Positions 30,245 through 41,436 are shown, counted from the first letter of the stretch. The stretch: DNA of 64,000 nt from an uncultured bacterium (GCA_903934015.1 CAIZMI010000034.1:20378-84377), one strand, 5' to 3'. Notes: generated by a model from the sequence alone, not told the origin. Numbers and translations: made by a program.

Positions 30245-30937
30245 GTGCTAGACCACCCCGTAACCATTGGTGTCATGCAAAGAACATATCCTTTACACGC
30301 AAAAACACTGGAGGCGCTTCATCAGATTCCGAGCAATACGATTATTGTTGATTCAACACCGGGAAGACCGATTGTCAAGAAGAACGAAAAAATAAAGGTT
30401 ATACACACGCCGGACAAAAATGGTTTTTTTGCGATAGCTCTCCTTGTCCCATTATTTACAGAATTTCTCAATACGAAAAGCGAAAAACTATTTCTGATCG
30501 AAGGCGATCTTGTTCTATCGATGGAAAATATGATCCGCGCCGAACAATGCACGGTAAACACAAAAGTATTTTACGCCGAATCCGATCCAAAAAGTCGGCA
30601 CGCATACATTCGGAGAGAAGGGTTGGCTGGTGTCTTATTGCGCAATGAGTGCGAAAAAATACTTCACTGGATGATCTCTAAACCACCTTCAATATTTAGA
30701 AAATACCAGGGATATTGCGACACTTTTCTTTGGTATGCTGTTTCCAGCGAAACGACAGGATATTCAGCATCAACAAGCGGTCCAGACTGGATACCTGTTG
30801 TACACATGACACATGACGACTACACGCGGGTTACGAAAGTTCAGCGAAGAGATATGAAAGTATACCGCGCACGCATGGCAGAGATAATTCGTTTAGCCAT
30901 AGAATGCAATCAATTTACCTATCCAAAAAGTAACTAA
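30245..30937 (+). CDS. hypothetical protein (weak GT-A-like features)
   Basis: Long ORF co-oriented with the epimerase; IIVDS, LIEGD. Confidence 0.6.
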   Translation: MLDHPVTIGVMQRTYPLHAKTLEALHQIPSNTIIVDSTPGRPIVKKNEKIKVIHTPDKNGFFAIALLVPLFTEFLNTKSEKLFLIEGDLVLSMENMIRAEQCTVNTKVFYAESDPKSRHAYIRREGLAGVLLRNECEKILHWMISKPPSIFRKYQGYCDTFLWYAVSSETTGYSASTSGPDWIPVVHMTHDDYTRVTKVQRRDMKVYRARMAEIIRLAIECNQFTYPKSN

Positions 30938-30949
30938 AAGTATTTCCTG

Positions 30950-31028
30950 CCACCCGCACGAAAAACCGTTTGCCTTTTTGGATCACTTGGCCGCTTCCGA
31001 CTTTTTTGATTAATGAGTTTAACAACTT
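30950..31028 (-). repeat. displaced tyrS 3'-end copy 1
   Basis: Encodes VGSGQVIQKGKRFFVRVA versus tyrS VKTGNKIQKGKRFFVRVG. Confidence 0.88.
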
Positions 31029-31313
31029 ATACCACAACAATACTCACTGTTTCACCACTTCAATGAAATAATTAAAAAGCTCTATTACTCTCAGGAAAAG
31101 AGCTGTCGTTTCCCGCTTATTGCTTGCGTGATGAGGAAGCATAGTAAGAAAGTGACAACTCTCCAACAACAAGGAATTAATAAAGACACGATCAGTAACG
31201 CTAGTCGGAAACACTTCTAAGGGGTTTTCCCAAAAATTAAACTTCGTATCAATATTAAATATGAAATTTTTTTGAATATTTTCTCCAGACATATCAAATT
31301 TGTCCGCGTGAAT

Positions 31314-31878
31314 CAAACACCCCGCGGCAAGCCGCGGGGTATGACAGGAGGCATGGCCGTCATGTGAGGAGACGTAACTGCGCTGGGTTACCGCTCGTCT
31401 TTCCCTGGTTTTGGACGTATTGCTCAACCACCTTCCAATTACCCCGCTCGCCCACTGTGGCGAGATAAAAACCGTCACTCCAAAACTCTCCACCCCACAG
31501 ATCCTTCTTGAGCGCGGGAAATCGACGGAACAACTGTATTGCCGTGACGCTTTTGAAAATTCGGACCGCTTGTGAACCACTCATCTTTGGTGGAAAAGAG
31601 CAGAGCAGATGGATGTGATCACCGTCTGTACCTATTTTTTCAAACGTAATTTCGAAGCGTTCCGTGATTTCCCGCGCGATCTGCACAATGGCGAGCGGGA
31701 TTTCGTCAGTCAGTAAAGCTTTTCTGTATTTAACAGGAAAGACGAGGTGATAGTGAGAGGTATAGACATGATGATAACCATGAAGGACGGCCATGCGTTA
31801 ATTCTATACTGGAAACCAATGGTTTCCAGACCTTCCTTTACAAGGACCCCGCGGCAAGCCGCGGGGTAAGATAAAAAT
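31314..31878 (-). mobile_element. IS200/IS605-family element (tnpA only), ~565 bp
   Basis: Identical subterminal hairpins ACCCCGCGGCAAGCCGCGGGGT at 31319-31340 and 31846-31867. Confidence 0.9.
31360..31794 (-). CDS. tnpA: Y1 HUH transposase TnpA
   Basis: YHLVFPVKYR, DHIHLL, LWGGEFWSDGFY, YVQNQ. Confidence 0.95.
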   Translation of the reverse strand: MAVLHGYHHVYTSHYHLVFPVKYRKALLTDEIPLAIVQIAREITERFEITFEKIGTDGDHIHLLCSFPPKMSGSQAVRIFKSVTAIQLFRRFPALKKDLWGGEFWSDGFYLATVGERGNWKVVEQYVQNQGKTSGNPAQLRLLT

Positions 31879-32671
31879 ATAATCATATAATCCGTGAAAC
31901 GAATGAAGTAGCTTCCCAAGATCGTATTCAATCGGCATCCTGGTTGCGCCATTTGGATCCACAAACTTCACGGAATCACCATTAATCAATATGTTTCCGA
32001 AATGTAAATCACCATGGATAAATCCGACACTTTGCGGTACAAATTTTTCTAAATATCTTTCTTGAGAAATTTTTTCCATTATCAGCGGTACGCCCAAATA
32101 TTCACAGCCATTAATAACAACATTCTTTAGGGCTAGTAATTCTCTTAACCATAAGATGCATTTTGCCTCATTCATTCTAAGACTTATCTTTCGCCAATAT
32201 AATCGTTCAATTTCGACTGCACCCAGAGTGAAAATATTTTTCGAATTATACAGTTCAAACAATATTTCCACGCTCTTTGCCACGTATTTTTTCAAATCAT
32301 CAAAACCAATATTATTATCACAAAAGACGCTTCCGAGAGAACGAAACTGTTCCAAAAATTCCAGCTCATAAATCGCCAAATACTGATCATAAAAGCCACC
32401 ATGAAAACATGGGGCAACATTATTATTAGCACCCAAAGACCGGTACCATTCGATTTCTTTAGAGGTTGTATCCGGCAGATATCCACTCTCCGCTTTCATA
32501 ACCCTCAACCCAAAGCGACTTTTGAAAACAACCAAAAGCGCCTTTGTATTATCTTCTTCGATAAATTTTACGACTCTTTCGCCAAGTATCCTATTAAAAC
32601 TCAGTTTAAGTTCGTCTTTGGTTAAGTGTGTTTTGGTTGATTTCAGCGATTCAATGGCCTCACAGTAAACA

Positions 32672-33217
32672 TCAGACGTAGCCATAAAATTTGGCCGTAT
32701 GCCAAGCAATAAGCAGTGTCGGGTCCACAATGGCACCCCTCTTTAGTAAATCATCCAATTTTTCTTTTCTGACGATCCTTTCCTGTACCCTTTCCACGGA
32801 AGATGTTTGCCTCCCACTGACTTTTTCCATCTCATTCGAGAAAAAAATATGCAACATTCCATCAGATCTTCCCGGACGCATATAATAACTAACCAGTTTC
32901 TTAATTTTTTTGGGCTTATACCCCGTTTCTTCTATACATTCCCTGATTGCGGTTGCTTTGGGGCTTTCACCGGCATTTACCTTTCCTCCAGGAAGGTCAT
33001 AAATCCAAGAATCAATAGGAAATCTGTATTGATACGTCAAAAGCACGTCTCCCTCTTTCGGAACCAATAAAACCGCAGCTGCATCTTTTGAGCGATTTAC
33101 GGCATATTTTATTGTCTCCCCGTCGGGTAATTTCACAGTTTCCTCATAAAGGGGAAAGGGTTCGCCGTATATTGGCTGACTATGCACAATTTTCCATTTC
33201 TTGTTGATTGACTTCAT
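32672..33217 (-). CDS. Nudix hydrolase (ADP-ribose pyrophosphatase-like)
   Basis: QYRFP, LPGGKVNAGESPKATAIRECIEETG. Confidence 0.9.
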   Translation of the reverse strand: MKSINKKWKIVHSQPIYGEPFPLYEETVKLPDGETIKYAVNRSKDAAAVLLVPKEGDVLLTYQYRFPIDSWIYDLPGGKVNAGESPKATAIRECIEETGYKPKKIKKLVSYYMRPGRSDGMLHIFFSNEMEKVSGRQTSSVERVQERIVRKEKLDDLLKRGAIVDPTLLIAWHTAKFYGYV

Positions 33218-33311
33218 TTCAATGCTTGTTAATATACAATAATATTAAAGTTCGCTATCCGTAAACTATAGAACATTACACCAACTCCTTACAAGCATTA
33301 CTCAAAAGACC

Positions 33312-34421
33312 ATGCAAGAAAGTCTATCATTCAACTATAAGAAGAATTTCAATAAAGAGATTAAAATATACTTTTCGCAAGATAGTGCGAAAATTGTTGC
33401 TGACATATGTGGGTATTTAGGTACTGACCGAATTTTTATTGTTGCCGACAACGGCTTTAAAAACAACCACTCACACCGCCTTAAACAAAATCTATCAATT
33501 AAATTCCCCACTAAAGTACTAAATATAACCGCAAAAGAAATTAAGAAAAAATTATCCACCCTTCACAATTTGTCAGAAAAGATTATTGCCAATGGAGCGA
33601 CAAATAAATCAGTAATAATTTCGTTGGGCGGAGGACTGGTTGGAAATATCGCCGGCATGTTGGCGGGATTATTGTTTAGGGGCGTCCCGTTAATTCACAT
33701 ACCAACAACAGTTCTTTCGCAGGCGGATAGCGCAACGGACGTAAAACAGTCCGTCAATTGTGAAAACATAAAAAACGGGATGGGAATATATTATCCGCCT
33801 GTTGCCGTAATTATTGATGTGAATTTATTAAAAACACTCCCTGAACGCGAAGTCAGATCGGGTTTGGCGGAAATAATCAAGCATGCCCTGGCACAAGATG
33901 AAGATCTTCTTAGGTATTTATACAGAAAAGTCCCCACTCAAAAAATAAATGCGCCCACGCTTGAACGAATAATTGCCAGAACAATATCGCTCAAAATCGA
34001 ACACTGGAAAAACACGCCGGATATGTGGAGCGAGGAAGCAGTCAAAAAACCGGAAAGATTAACTCATCTTGGACACACGACGGGGAAAATTTTAGAGATT
34101 CTTCAACAAGATAAAATAACTCACGGCGAGGCAATCAGCCACGGAATGATAATCGAAGCCATCGCATCAAAAAAACTTGGAATTGGAAACGAGCAAATAA
34201 TTACCGAGATGAAAAAAGTATTTGGACGCTTTCAATTGCTTTATCCCCTCAAGAAAAACATTAATAGCTCTTCAGTTATTTATGGTCTTTATGGAAATAA
34301 AAACAAACAAAAAAATCCGATATTTGCTTTATTAAAAAATTTGGGTGTTCCAAAAACCGTTTCAACTTCAATAAATCCAGATATATTAAAAGAAGCACTG
34401 CTTGAATATGGAATCAAATAA
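33312..34421 (+). CDS. sugar-phosphate cyclase, 2-deoxy-scyllo-inosose synthase-like (DHQS superfamily)
   Basis: GGGLVGNIAG...FRG, PTTVLSQADS...KQSVN, GLAEIIKH, GHT, HGEAI. Confidence 0.75.
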   Translation: MQESLSFNYKKNFNKEIKIYFSQDSAKIVADICGYLGTDRIFIVADNGFKNNHSHRLKQNLSIKFPTKVLNITAKEIKKKLSTLHNLSEKIIANGATNKSVIISLGGGLVGNIAGMLAGLLFRGVPLIHIPTTVLSQADSATDVKQSVNCENIKNGMGIYYPPVAVIIDVNLLKTLPEREVRSGLAEIIKHALAQDEDLLRYLYRKVPTQKINAPTLERIIARTISLKIEHWKNTPDMWSEEAVKKPERLTHLGHTTGKILEILQQDKITHGEAISHGMIIEAIASKKLGIGNEQIITEMKKVFGRFQLLYPLKKNINSSSVIYGLYGNKNKQKNPIFALLKNLGVPKTVSTSINPDILKEALLEYGIK

Positions 34422-35190
34422 GAAAATAGTCATCTTATCAATACGCCGAAAACATTTTCCCAATACCACTCATATTGTTGAAAAACTGAAACGAGCAGGC
34501 GTGAATGTAATACACCCAAAAACGATAAGAGATTTTGAAAAAGCATGCAAAGTGATCAGTTCAAACGATATTATAATCACACTTTATTTTTCGAAAAATA
34601 ATAGCTTTAGAAAACAACTGGTAGCACTAGAAAAGAAGGGGTGCATGTTAATGGATCATCCCAACAAAATGCGGCTTACGGAAAACAGAAAGAAAACTAT
34701 GGAGTTATTGTCAAAGTCAAATATCAAGATTCCAAATTTCTATTTTGGACACCCTGACTGTATTCCAAATCATTTAGGAAATAAGCTGGTAATCAAACAT
34801 CCATTTGGACTTGCTATTGGTTTTATCGATACTAAGAGAGCTAGAGAAATTAACCAAAAGAACATTTACGTCGAAGAAATCCTTTTAAATCCCAAAAAAA
34901 CCGTCCGTTGTATCACTTACGTGTTTGGTATGGTGTTCACAAGAATCAAAAAGGACAAATTTGATATTGGTTTTGCCGATATACCGGGAACAGAGCCAAA
35001 AACGAGCACTTCGAAAAAAGATAGAATACTGGCGCAAAAGGTGCACAAACTTACCGGTATGGAATTATTCAACGTGGATTTAATCGACGAAGTTGTTATC
35101 GAGATAAATTGTTGTCCAAATTTTTTCTTGTACGACTCCATCGTCAAACATTTTGTTAAAAGAATTATAGAACTTTCGCAGAAACAATGA
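34408..35190 (+). CDS. ATP-grasp (RimK-like) protein
   Basis: LVIK, YVEE, FNVDLI..VIEINCCP. Confidence 0.7.
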   Translation: MESNKKIVILSIRRKHFPNTTHIVEKLKRAGVNVIHPKTIRDFEKACKVISSNDIIITLYFSKNNSFRKQLVALEKKGCMLMDHPNKMRLTENRKKTMELLSKSNIKIPNFYFGHPDCIPNHLGNKLVIKHPFGLAIGFIDTKRAREINQKNIYVEEILLNPKKTVRCITYVFGMVFTRIKKDKFDIGFADIPGTEPKTSTSKKDRILAQKVHKLTGMELFNVDLIDEVVIEINCCPNFFLYDSIVKHFVKRIIELSQKQ

Positions 35191-35993
35191 CGAACAATTA
35201 TGTAAATAACAAAAATGAAGTAAGGATGGTTTCAAAAGTAAGAAATAATTATTTCAGAAAATTTGTCGATTTTATTATCAAACAATCCTGCCTTAAAATG
35301 GATTCTGTCGTTGTTGACACCCCTTGTGGTACGGGAGAAATGACACAGTTATTGTTGAAAAAGGGGGTCGGAAAGAAATATTATCTTCTCGATATAAACC
35401 CATTTATGACAAAGGAGGCGCGAAATCGTTTACCGAAAAAATCAACCATTATTACCGGCGATGCCAACAATATTGCAAACTTTATTCCTGAAAGAGTCGA
35501 TACTATCTTTTGCTTAAACGGATTTCATATTTATCTATCCCGAAAGCGACAGTTTCTAAAGGGGTGTTACAAAATTCTAAGGCCCGGAGGAACTCTGATT
35601 TTTGACGTGTCAACAAAGGGATTAAACAATGAACAATCAAAAAGGTTTTTAGTGAAAGAAAACGCTGAAATGCGCATCCTATCCAGAAACAAATTTATTA
35701 AATATTGCGCGCTCAAATTGGCTAACCATAATACTTTGAAAAATTACCAAAACCTTCTCAGAGAAGCAGGCTTTTCAATTAAGACAGTAAAAATGTTTGA
35801 CACATGGAAAAGTGTCGATGAATTGGTGGATGAAACCACAAAAATACCTGGACGCCTACGCTCTCGACTATTGAACACCACAGATAAACAACGTGTGACA
35901 ATCTACAAGGAAGCCAACGAGGTTGCAAAGCAAGAAACCGGAATAAAACGCATCGAACACAACAGAATATTTTTTGTCGCAAAAAAACCATAG
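35187..35993 (+). CDS. class I SAM-dependent methyltransferase
   Basis: VVDTPCGTG, GDA, LRPGG. Confidence 0.85.
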   Translation: MTNNYVNNKNEVRMVSKVRNNYFRKFVDFIIKQSCLKMDSVVVDTPCGTGEMTQLLLKKGVGKKYYLLDINPFMTKEARNRLPKKSTIITGDANNIANFIPERVDTIFCLNGFHIYLSRKRQFLKGCYKILRPGGTLIFDVSTKGLNNEQSKRFLVKENAEMRILSRNKFIKYCALKLANHNTLKNYQNLLREAGFSIKTVKMFDTWKSVDELVDETTKIPGRLRSRLLNTTDKQRVTIYKEANEVAKQETGIKRIEHNRIFFVAKKP

Positions 35994-36022
35994 CACGGTG
36001 ATCAACACACTTTGTCTAAAAA

Positions 36023-36112
36023 TTATGTCTTGCCCCGCCCGCGCGAAAACCTTTTACCTTTTTGGATCACTTGGTCACTTCCGACTTTTTGGTCGATTGT
36101 TTTCGCGACTTC
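36023..36112 (-). repeat. displaced tyrS 3'-end copy 2
   Basis: Encodes EVAKTIDQKVGSDQVIQKGKRF, then a 1-nt deletion. Confidence 0.85.
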
Positions 36113-36270
36113 CCCACTCATTTTTTATCCAATTTGCCGGCATAAAAAACCGGAATCAGGGACTCCGGCGAAACCATGCCACCATTCTCCGTGACGTTCC
36201 AGAAGATATCCACAAAGACTACAGTGACGCCCAGTAGCTTTTTCTAAATCAAAATGTTATAAATATAAAC

Positions 36271-36669
36271 ATGAATAAGAAATTAGTGATTTGTGCAAGT
36301 GCTTCATTTGAAAATGAAATTGTGGATTGGAAAAACAAGTTAGAAAACAATGGTTATGAGGTAATAAAATACCCCACGAAAATTAATGATGATCTCGTTA
36401 ATAAATACAAAAAGGAGTTTTCTGAACACTACGAAGCTATTACACGGACAGATGTTCTCCTTGCACTTAATTTAGATAAAAAAGGAATACCTGGTTATAT
36501 CGGAGCTGGTGTCTTTGCGGAAATTGCTTTTGGCATCGGTCTGAATCGAGCACTAAAAAAGAATATAGAGATCTATTATCTAAACTCATTCCCCAAAGAC
36601 GCCTTTCCCTATTCGGATGAATTAAAACTTTGGCAGGAGTTGGGCTGGATAAAACAGTTCCGCCCATAA
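36271..36669 (+). CDS. hypothetical protein, nucleoside-deoxyribosyltransferase-like fold (tentative)
   Basis: ICAS.., D.LL.LN..K.GI.GYIG..VFAEI pattern. Confidence 0.6.
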   Translation: MNKKLVICASASFENEIVDWKNKLENNGYEVIKYPTKINDDLVNKYKKEFSEHYEAITRTDVLLALNLDKKGIPGYIGAGVFAEIAFGIGLNRALKKNIEIYYLNSFPKDAFPYSDELKLWQELGWIKQFRP

Positions 36670-36715
36670 ATAAAAACCGTACACGTTGTACGGCTGATAT
36701 TTTTTTGCGTCGATC

Positions 36716-38005
36716 TCACTGCCAATTTTCGACAAGGAATTGTTCTAGCACCCCGTAAGACCCTTCAAGTTGCGCAAAGTCTTCATCATCACCCCACCAG
36801 TGATAGTTGTTATGGTGGATATGGTATCTTTCCCAGCTAGACCCATTGTCGGGAATGTTGAGATTGAAAGCCTTCGCATTCCTGAAAACATACGAACCCG
36901 GTAATGGCACAAAGCGGAACAGGGATACCCTGTCAACCATCGGCGCAATATCTTTCAGGAGAGAAATTGTCTCATTTGTACTTTCCAGATTTTCACCGGG
37001 AAAGCCATGCACTAGAAAGATCTTGACCATCAAACCTACTGATATGGCAAGATTAACAGCTCTTCTGATTTGGTTAGTCGTCACATTCTTACCCATTGCC
37101 TGCAACATTCGTTCACTGCCGGATTCCACCCCAAATTTCAACTCAATACATCCCGCATCGTGCAAACACTCAAGCAGTTCATAATCAACCGTATCAACTC
37201 TGGAAAGCGCAGACCATTTCAGATTGAGACTTTCTACGGCTCTGCAGATTTCCCTCACCATCTTTTTGTTGATAATGAAGTTATCGTCAACTACCGCGAA
37301 GCCATCAATACCGTATCTGCGTTTGAGATGCTCGAGCTCCATTCTAACATTCTCGCCAGATCGACACTGAACCCTTTTTTGATAAACTGCGCAGAAATGA
37401 CAAGAAAATGGGCATCCTCGACTCATCATAATATGTGCCATTTTCATATCAGTATTTGCCAAACGATCATGCATAATTAAGTCCGACTCGTCGAGCAAAT
37501 GCCTCGCCGGAAAAGGAAGCCAATCTATCCCCTTTTCAAGAGAACGGCTTGCGGTCGTCTTTGGTGACTGATCGACCAAGTAGCCTACCCCTCTAATACT
37601 CGAAAAATCCCCAGTAGAATGTGCTCGTACGATTTCTACTAAGGTTTTTTCTCCGCTTCCTATCGCAACAACATCAGCCCGAAAATCCACAAGCGTTTCT
37701 TCTGGATAGAAACTGGCATGAACTCCACCAACCGCAATTGTAGTATTGGATGAATACATACCCCCAAACCTCGCCCTTTGGACAATCCCGTAAGTCGCCG
37801 AGGATGGGGTGCTAAACCCGACAACGTCATAACCCTGAAAATCACAACTATTTTCCCCCTCGTTAATCTTGAAGATTTTCACTTCAATATTATTTTCTTC
37901 AAGGAAAGCCGCGAGGTACAAAACACCAAACGGAGGAAATTCTTTTCTCTTTTCCTTAAAACGAGCAAGTTCGTAAACCTCTGGATAAACGAGAGCAACT
38001 CGCAT
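36716..38005 (-). CDS. B12-binding radical SAM protein
   Basis: PPFGVLYLAA, GGVHAS, SRGCPFSCHFC, GVESGS, GFPGE. Confidence 0.9.
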   Translation of the reverse strand: MRVALVYPEVYELARFKEKRKEFPPFGVLYLAAFLEENNIEVKIFKINEGENSCDFQGYDVVGFSTPSSATYGIVQRARFGGMYSSNTTIAVGGVHASFYPEETLVDFRADVVAIGSGEKTLVEIVRAHSTGDFSSIRGVGYLVDQSPKTTASRSLEKGIDWLPFPARHLLDESDLIMHDRLANTDMKMAHIMMSRGCPFSCHFCAVYQKRVQCRSGENVRMELEHLKRRYGIDGFAVVDDNFIINKKMVREICRAVESLNLKWSALSRVDTVDYELLECLHDAGCIELKFGVESGSERMLQAMGKNVTTNQIRRAVNLAISVGLMVKIFLVHGFPGENLESTNETISLLKDIAPMVDRVSLFRFVPLPGSYVFRNAKAFNLNIPDNGSSWERYHIHHNNYHWWGDDEDFAQLEGSYGVLEQFLVENWQ

Positions 38006-38174
38006 GTTAGACCCTTTCTACTTATTCAATTATTGAAAATGCAATCAGAGCCACAGAACTTGGCAACTTACAATATTATATGCGGATGATCAAGGCTTTC
38101 TACTTACAAGGTGTCAACGCTAAATGACAGAATATCAATCAGTTACCACCTCTCAGTTAATTGTTGGCACCTGA

Positions 38175-38591
38175 TCAGATTTTTTTCTTTTCGGAAAGCC
38201 ACCCAATCAACATCGTCTTTAAACTTTCCGGAAGTAATTTAACTTTATTCAACGACTTTATTTCAATAAACTCGAAACTTATGTGATTTTCCCTGCTCAC
38301 AATTTTTTCTGTACCAATTTCGACAACAAACACTAAATTTAATTCGTGATGTTTCGTTCCATTCTGTTTAAATATGTTTTCGACTACACCAACAGATTCT
38401 CCTAATTTCGCAACAGTTCCTAATTCTTCTCTAATTTCCCTTGCAAGCGCTTTTTGGGCCGACTCCCCAAATTCTATATGACCACCCGGTAAAAAACACC
38501 AGTCGGCCTCTTTGGCCTTGCACACTAACAATTTATCCCCCGAAACAATCACCGCGCGTACAATATTCTCGATAAAAAGATGGCTATCCAT
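38175..38591 (-). CDS. Nudix hydrolase
   Basis: LPGGHIEFGESAQKALAREIREELG. Confidence 0.9.
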   Translation of the reverse strand: MDSHLFIENIVRAVIVSGDKLLVCKAKEADWCFLPGGHIEFGESAQKALAREIREELGTVAKLGESVGVVENIFKQNGTKHHELNLVFVVEIGTEKIVSRENHISFEFIEIKSLNKVKLLPESLKTMLIGWLSEKKKI

Positions 38592-38702
38592 ATTTTATAC
38601 CCTAGCAGATATTAACATTCTTTTCACTCGAGGATTTTTACAAACTTGAGATATCACCCTCAAACTTGTAATGTACTAATACAAGCATTTTCATTAGATT
38701 AA

Positions 38703-39263
38703 ATGGCCACGAAATATACAAAAGACGAAAATGAAATAATTGAAAAAGCAATTCTTTTTCTTGTTACCGAATATGAAAAAACTGGATCCAATGAAAAACC
38801 GGTAATATTTCATAGTCTGCGCGTCGCTTGCAAGCTTGTGGAAGTTGGCGCATCAGCCACTATTGTTACCGCCGCCATTCTGCATGATTTAATTGAAGAC
38901 ACCAATGTTGATTTTGAGCGAATAAAAAATATTTTTGGCAGTGATGTCGCAAAGCTCGTCGACGCCGTTTCTTTTAAACCAAATATCGTTGACAAAGAAG
39001 AACGATATAAAGAAATGTTCGAAAGAACAAAAAATGCCGGAACAGATGCACTTAAAATCAAATGTGCAGATATTTTAGATAACAGTAGCTATTACTCATT
39101 CGGCCTTGACCAAGAACACGAAAAACGCTTGATAAACAAGCTAAAATATTTTTTGTTTATTGCAGAACCACAATTAGACGATTTTCCCCTCTTTCAATTA
39201 CTGAATGAACGTTATCAAACATTACTCACCCAATTTAATAACGACAATAAAAAGCCAATATAA
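38703..39263 (+). CDS. HD-domain protein, small alarmone hydrolase (RelA/SpoT HD, MESH1-like)
   Basis: P.I.HSL.VA, AAILHDLIEDT, IKCADILDN. Confidence 0.8.
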   Translation: MATKYTKDENEIIEKAILFLVTEYEKTGSNEKPVIFHSLRVACKLVEVGASATIVTAAILHDLIEDTNVDFERIKNIFGSDVAKLVDAVSFKPNIVDKEERYKEMFERTKNAGTDALKIKCADILDNSSYYSFGLDQEHEKRLINKLKYFLFIAEPQLDDFPLFQLLNERYQTLLTQFNNDNKKPI

Positions 39264-39299
39264 TGTTCACACGACTTATTTTTTTAACCACACATTAAT

Positions 39300-39622
39300 A
39301 TGAAATTTAAAGATTTAATCTCTAAAGCACTAGTGATCAGAGCTACGTATGGCGAGTATGAAGAAAAAACCTATGGCAAAAGGTGGACTAAAGAAAATAC
39401 CGCCGAGGACTTTGTTGGAGACGTGGGTGATTTAATGAATTTGGTGCTGGTCAAACAAGGAGTACGGCAAATAGAGGAGATTGATAAATAATCGCGCACG
39501 AATTATCTGATTGTTTATGGTCAATTATAGTTTTGGCTCAGTTCTATAATTTTGATTTGGAGTCCGCTTTTTTAACAAACATAGATGAATTAAAGTCTTT
39601 TATCGAAAATAAGATTAAATAA
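39300..39622 (+). pseudogene. MazG-like nucleotide pyrophosphohydrolase, frameshifted
   Basis: FVGDVGDL...; shifted continuation IAHELSDCLWSIIVLA after ~39490. Confidence 0.75.
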
Positions 39623-39637
39623 AAATAATTTTGTCAG

Positions 39638-40139
39638 TCACACAGAATGAGATTTCCGTAGCCCAATTGCGAGACTGCTGATACAAAGCGCGTGATCAAA
39701 CTTTCCACTGACAATCATTTTCCACAACTTGTCCTCATCAATGAAACTGCAATTTATTACTTCCGCAGGATCTTCTTTTGGTTGAGAAATCTTAACCGGG
39801 TTTTTGACGAGAAAAACAAACATCTTATTGCTCTGTCTGGCTGGATTTGGTGACACCGTACCAACAAAAGAAAAATCTCCCGTATAACCAGTCTCCTCTA
39901 ATAATTCCCTTTTCGCGGCTTCAAGCGGATTTTTGTCTTTTTCATCCACGGCACCGCATGGCAATTCATAGCTCACTTTGCCAATTCCGTGACGATACAT
40001 AATAAGGAGAGACTTTTGTTCCGTCACTGGTCACACAATCATCCGCACGCACCTTAATCCATCGATCAGATAATACATAACGAGACCGCAGCACTTTCCA
40101 AGGCTTAATAATCTTTTTAAAATTTTTGACTAATTTCAT
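39638..40139 (-). pseudogene. Nudix hydrolase with internal deletion/frameshift
   Basis: MKLVKNFKKIIKPWKVL..RADDC..PYYV in one frame, YRHG..ELPCG..AAKRELLEETG in another. Confidence 0.75.
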
Positions 40140-40374
40140 GAACTTTCCAGGTTAGTTATTATCATTCCCTTTATGAATCATCCACTGATTTAACCCTAAC
40201 CACTTTCTTATTTTATTTCAATAACCTCGCCCTATCGGTGGTAGATACGAGCATACAGATTGAATATTTTCATTCGATGTTATCACAAAACTTAACTTAT
40301 TAAGTATAAAATTATTTGTGATACTTTTAAAAGTGACTATTTACCAAAAACGGTAATGAACCTAAAGTATCAAT

Positions 40375-40995
40375 ATGCAAAGTCATAACCCTAATCCCGA
40401 CGATAAATTAATTTGGACGGAAATATCAAGAAAACAATTATTCGAGAAATTTTCTCGTGGCATTGATGATGTTGTCTTCAAATTTCCTGATAATCAAATA
40501 CACCATTATTTTATTAAAAATGAGCCGGACACGGTCTGCACACTGGCTTTTGATCAAAATAATCAGGTTATTTTGGCACAACAATTTCGACCCGGTCCAC
40601 AAAAGGTTCTTCTCACGCTCCCTGGAGGAGGCCTAGAGCCTGGTCATGATCCCATTTCAAGTGCCACAAGAGAACTAATGGAAGAGGTTGGTTACGAAAG
40701 CCATCTCAATCTCACTGCAACCTTTTTTGATGACGGGTACTCTACAAGCAGACGCTATTGTTTTTTAGCTGTAAATTGTACGAAAACAAATATCCAAAAA
40801 CTAGATCCGACAGAATTTATCAACACTGTTCAACTGCCCATTGATATCTTTATGGATGAACTCCGAAACGGAAGTATTACTGATCCGGAAGCAGCCTATG
40901 CTGCAATAGATTTTATTAATAAAAATGCGGATTCTCGGAAAGAATACAGCGACTTAAGTGAGTTGTTCAAAAAAACAATATATACGGCTTATTAA
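40375..40995 (+). CDS. Nudix hydrolase (ADP-ribose pyrophosphatase-like)
   Basis: QFRPGP, LPGGGLEPGHDPISSATRELMEEVG. Confidence 0.88.
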   Translation: MQSHNPNPDDKLIWTEISRKQLFEKFSRGIDDVVFKFPDNQIHHYFIKNEPDTVCTLAFDQNNQVILAQQFRPGPQKVLLTLPGGGLEPGHDPISSATRELMEEVGYESHLNLTATFFDDGYSTSRRYCFLAVNCTKTNIQKLDPTEFINTVQLPIDIFMDELRNGSITDPEAAYAAIDFINKNADSRKEYSDLSELFKKTIYTAY

Positions 40996-41383
40996 AAAAC
41001 CCTCCATGTTGAGAGGGCTTGTAATAATACAATTATCAGTTTTGAATCAATGGGGTGACACAAAAAGAAAAACAAAAAAGCGTGGTAAGCCTCATCAAGG
41101 GGTTGATAATAGAAGAAATTTTCCTTAAACAAGAGTAGTTTGTCTACCGTTATATCTAGTCCAATTTCCTCTTTGACCTCGCGCTTTAAAGCGTCCTCCA
41201 TTTTTTCTCCGACTTCCATCCCGCCCCGGGAAACCAAAGTTTACCATTACTTTTGTTTCGCATCGTTACAACCTTACCTTGCTCCAAAATAATACCGTAA
41301 ACGCTGGGTCGGAAATAAAACTTCTCGAGAGGAACATCCACCATTTCGTCAAAATTATTTTTGCAAGAAATAAATTTGTCCAT
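40992..41383 (-). pseudogene. Nudix hydrolase, frameshifted at the Nudix box and probably truncated
   Basis: FRPSVYG..LWFPG / GGMEVGEKMEDALKREVKEEIG in different frames. Confidence 0.78.
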
Positions 41384-41436
41384 TAGTCAACTATTTACAG
41401 AATGGTACCAAACGTGCGTTATTGCAACTGACACCA

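Larger units (their letters stand above)
31044..32685 (-). pseudogene. aminoglycoside-phosphotransferase-like kinase interrupted by IS200
   Basis: HGDLHFGNI, FVDP, YDLGKL; removing 31314-31878 restores ..LYDY-IHADKF.. in frame (358 aa). Confidence 0.82.
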
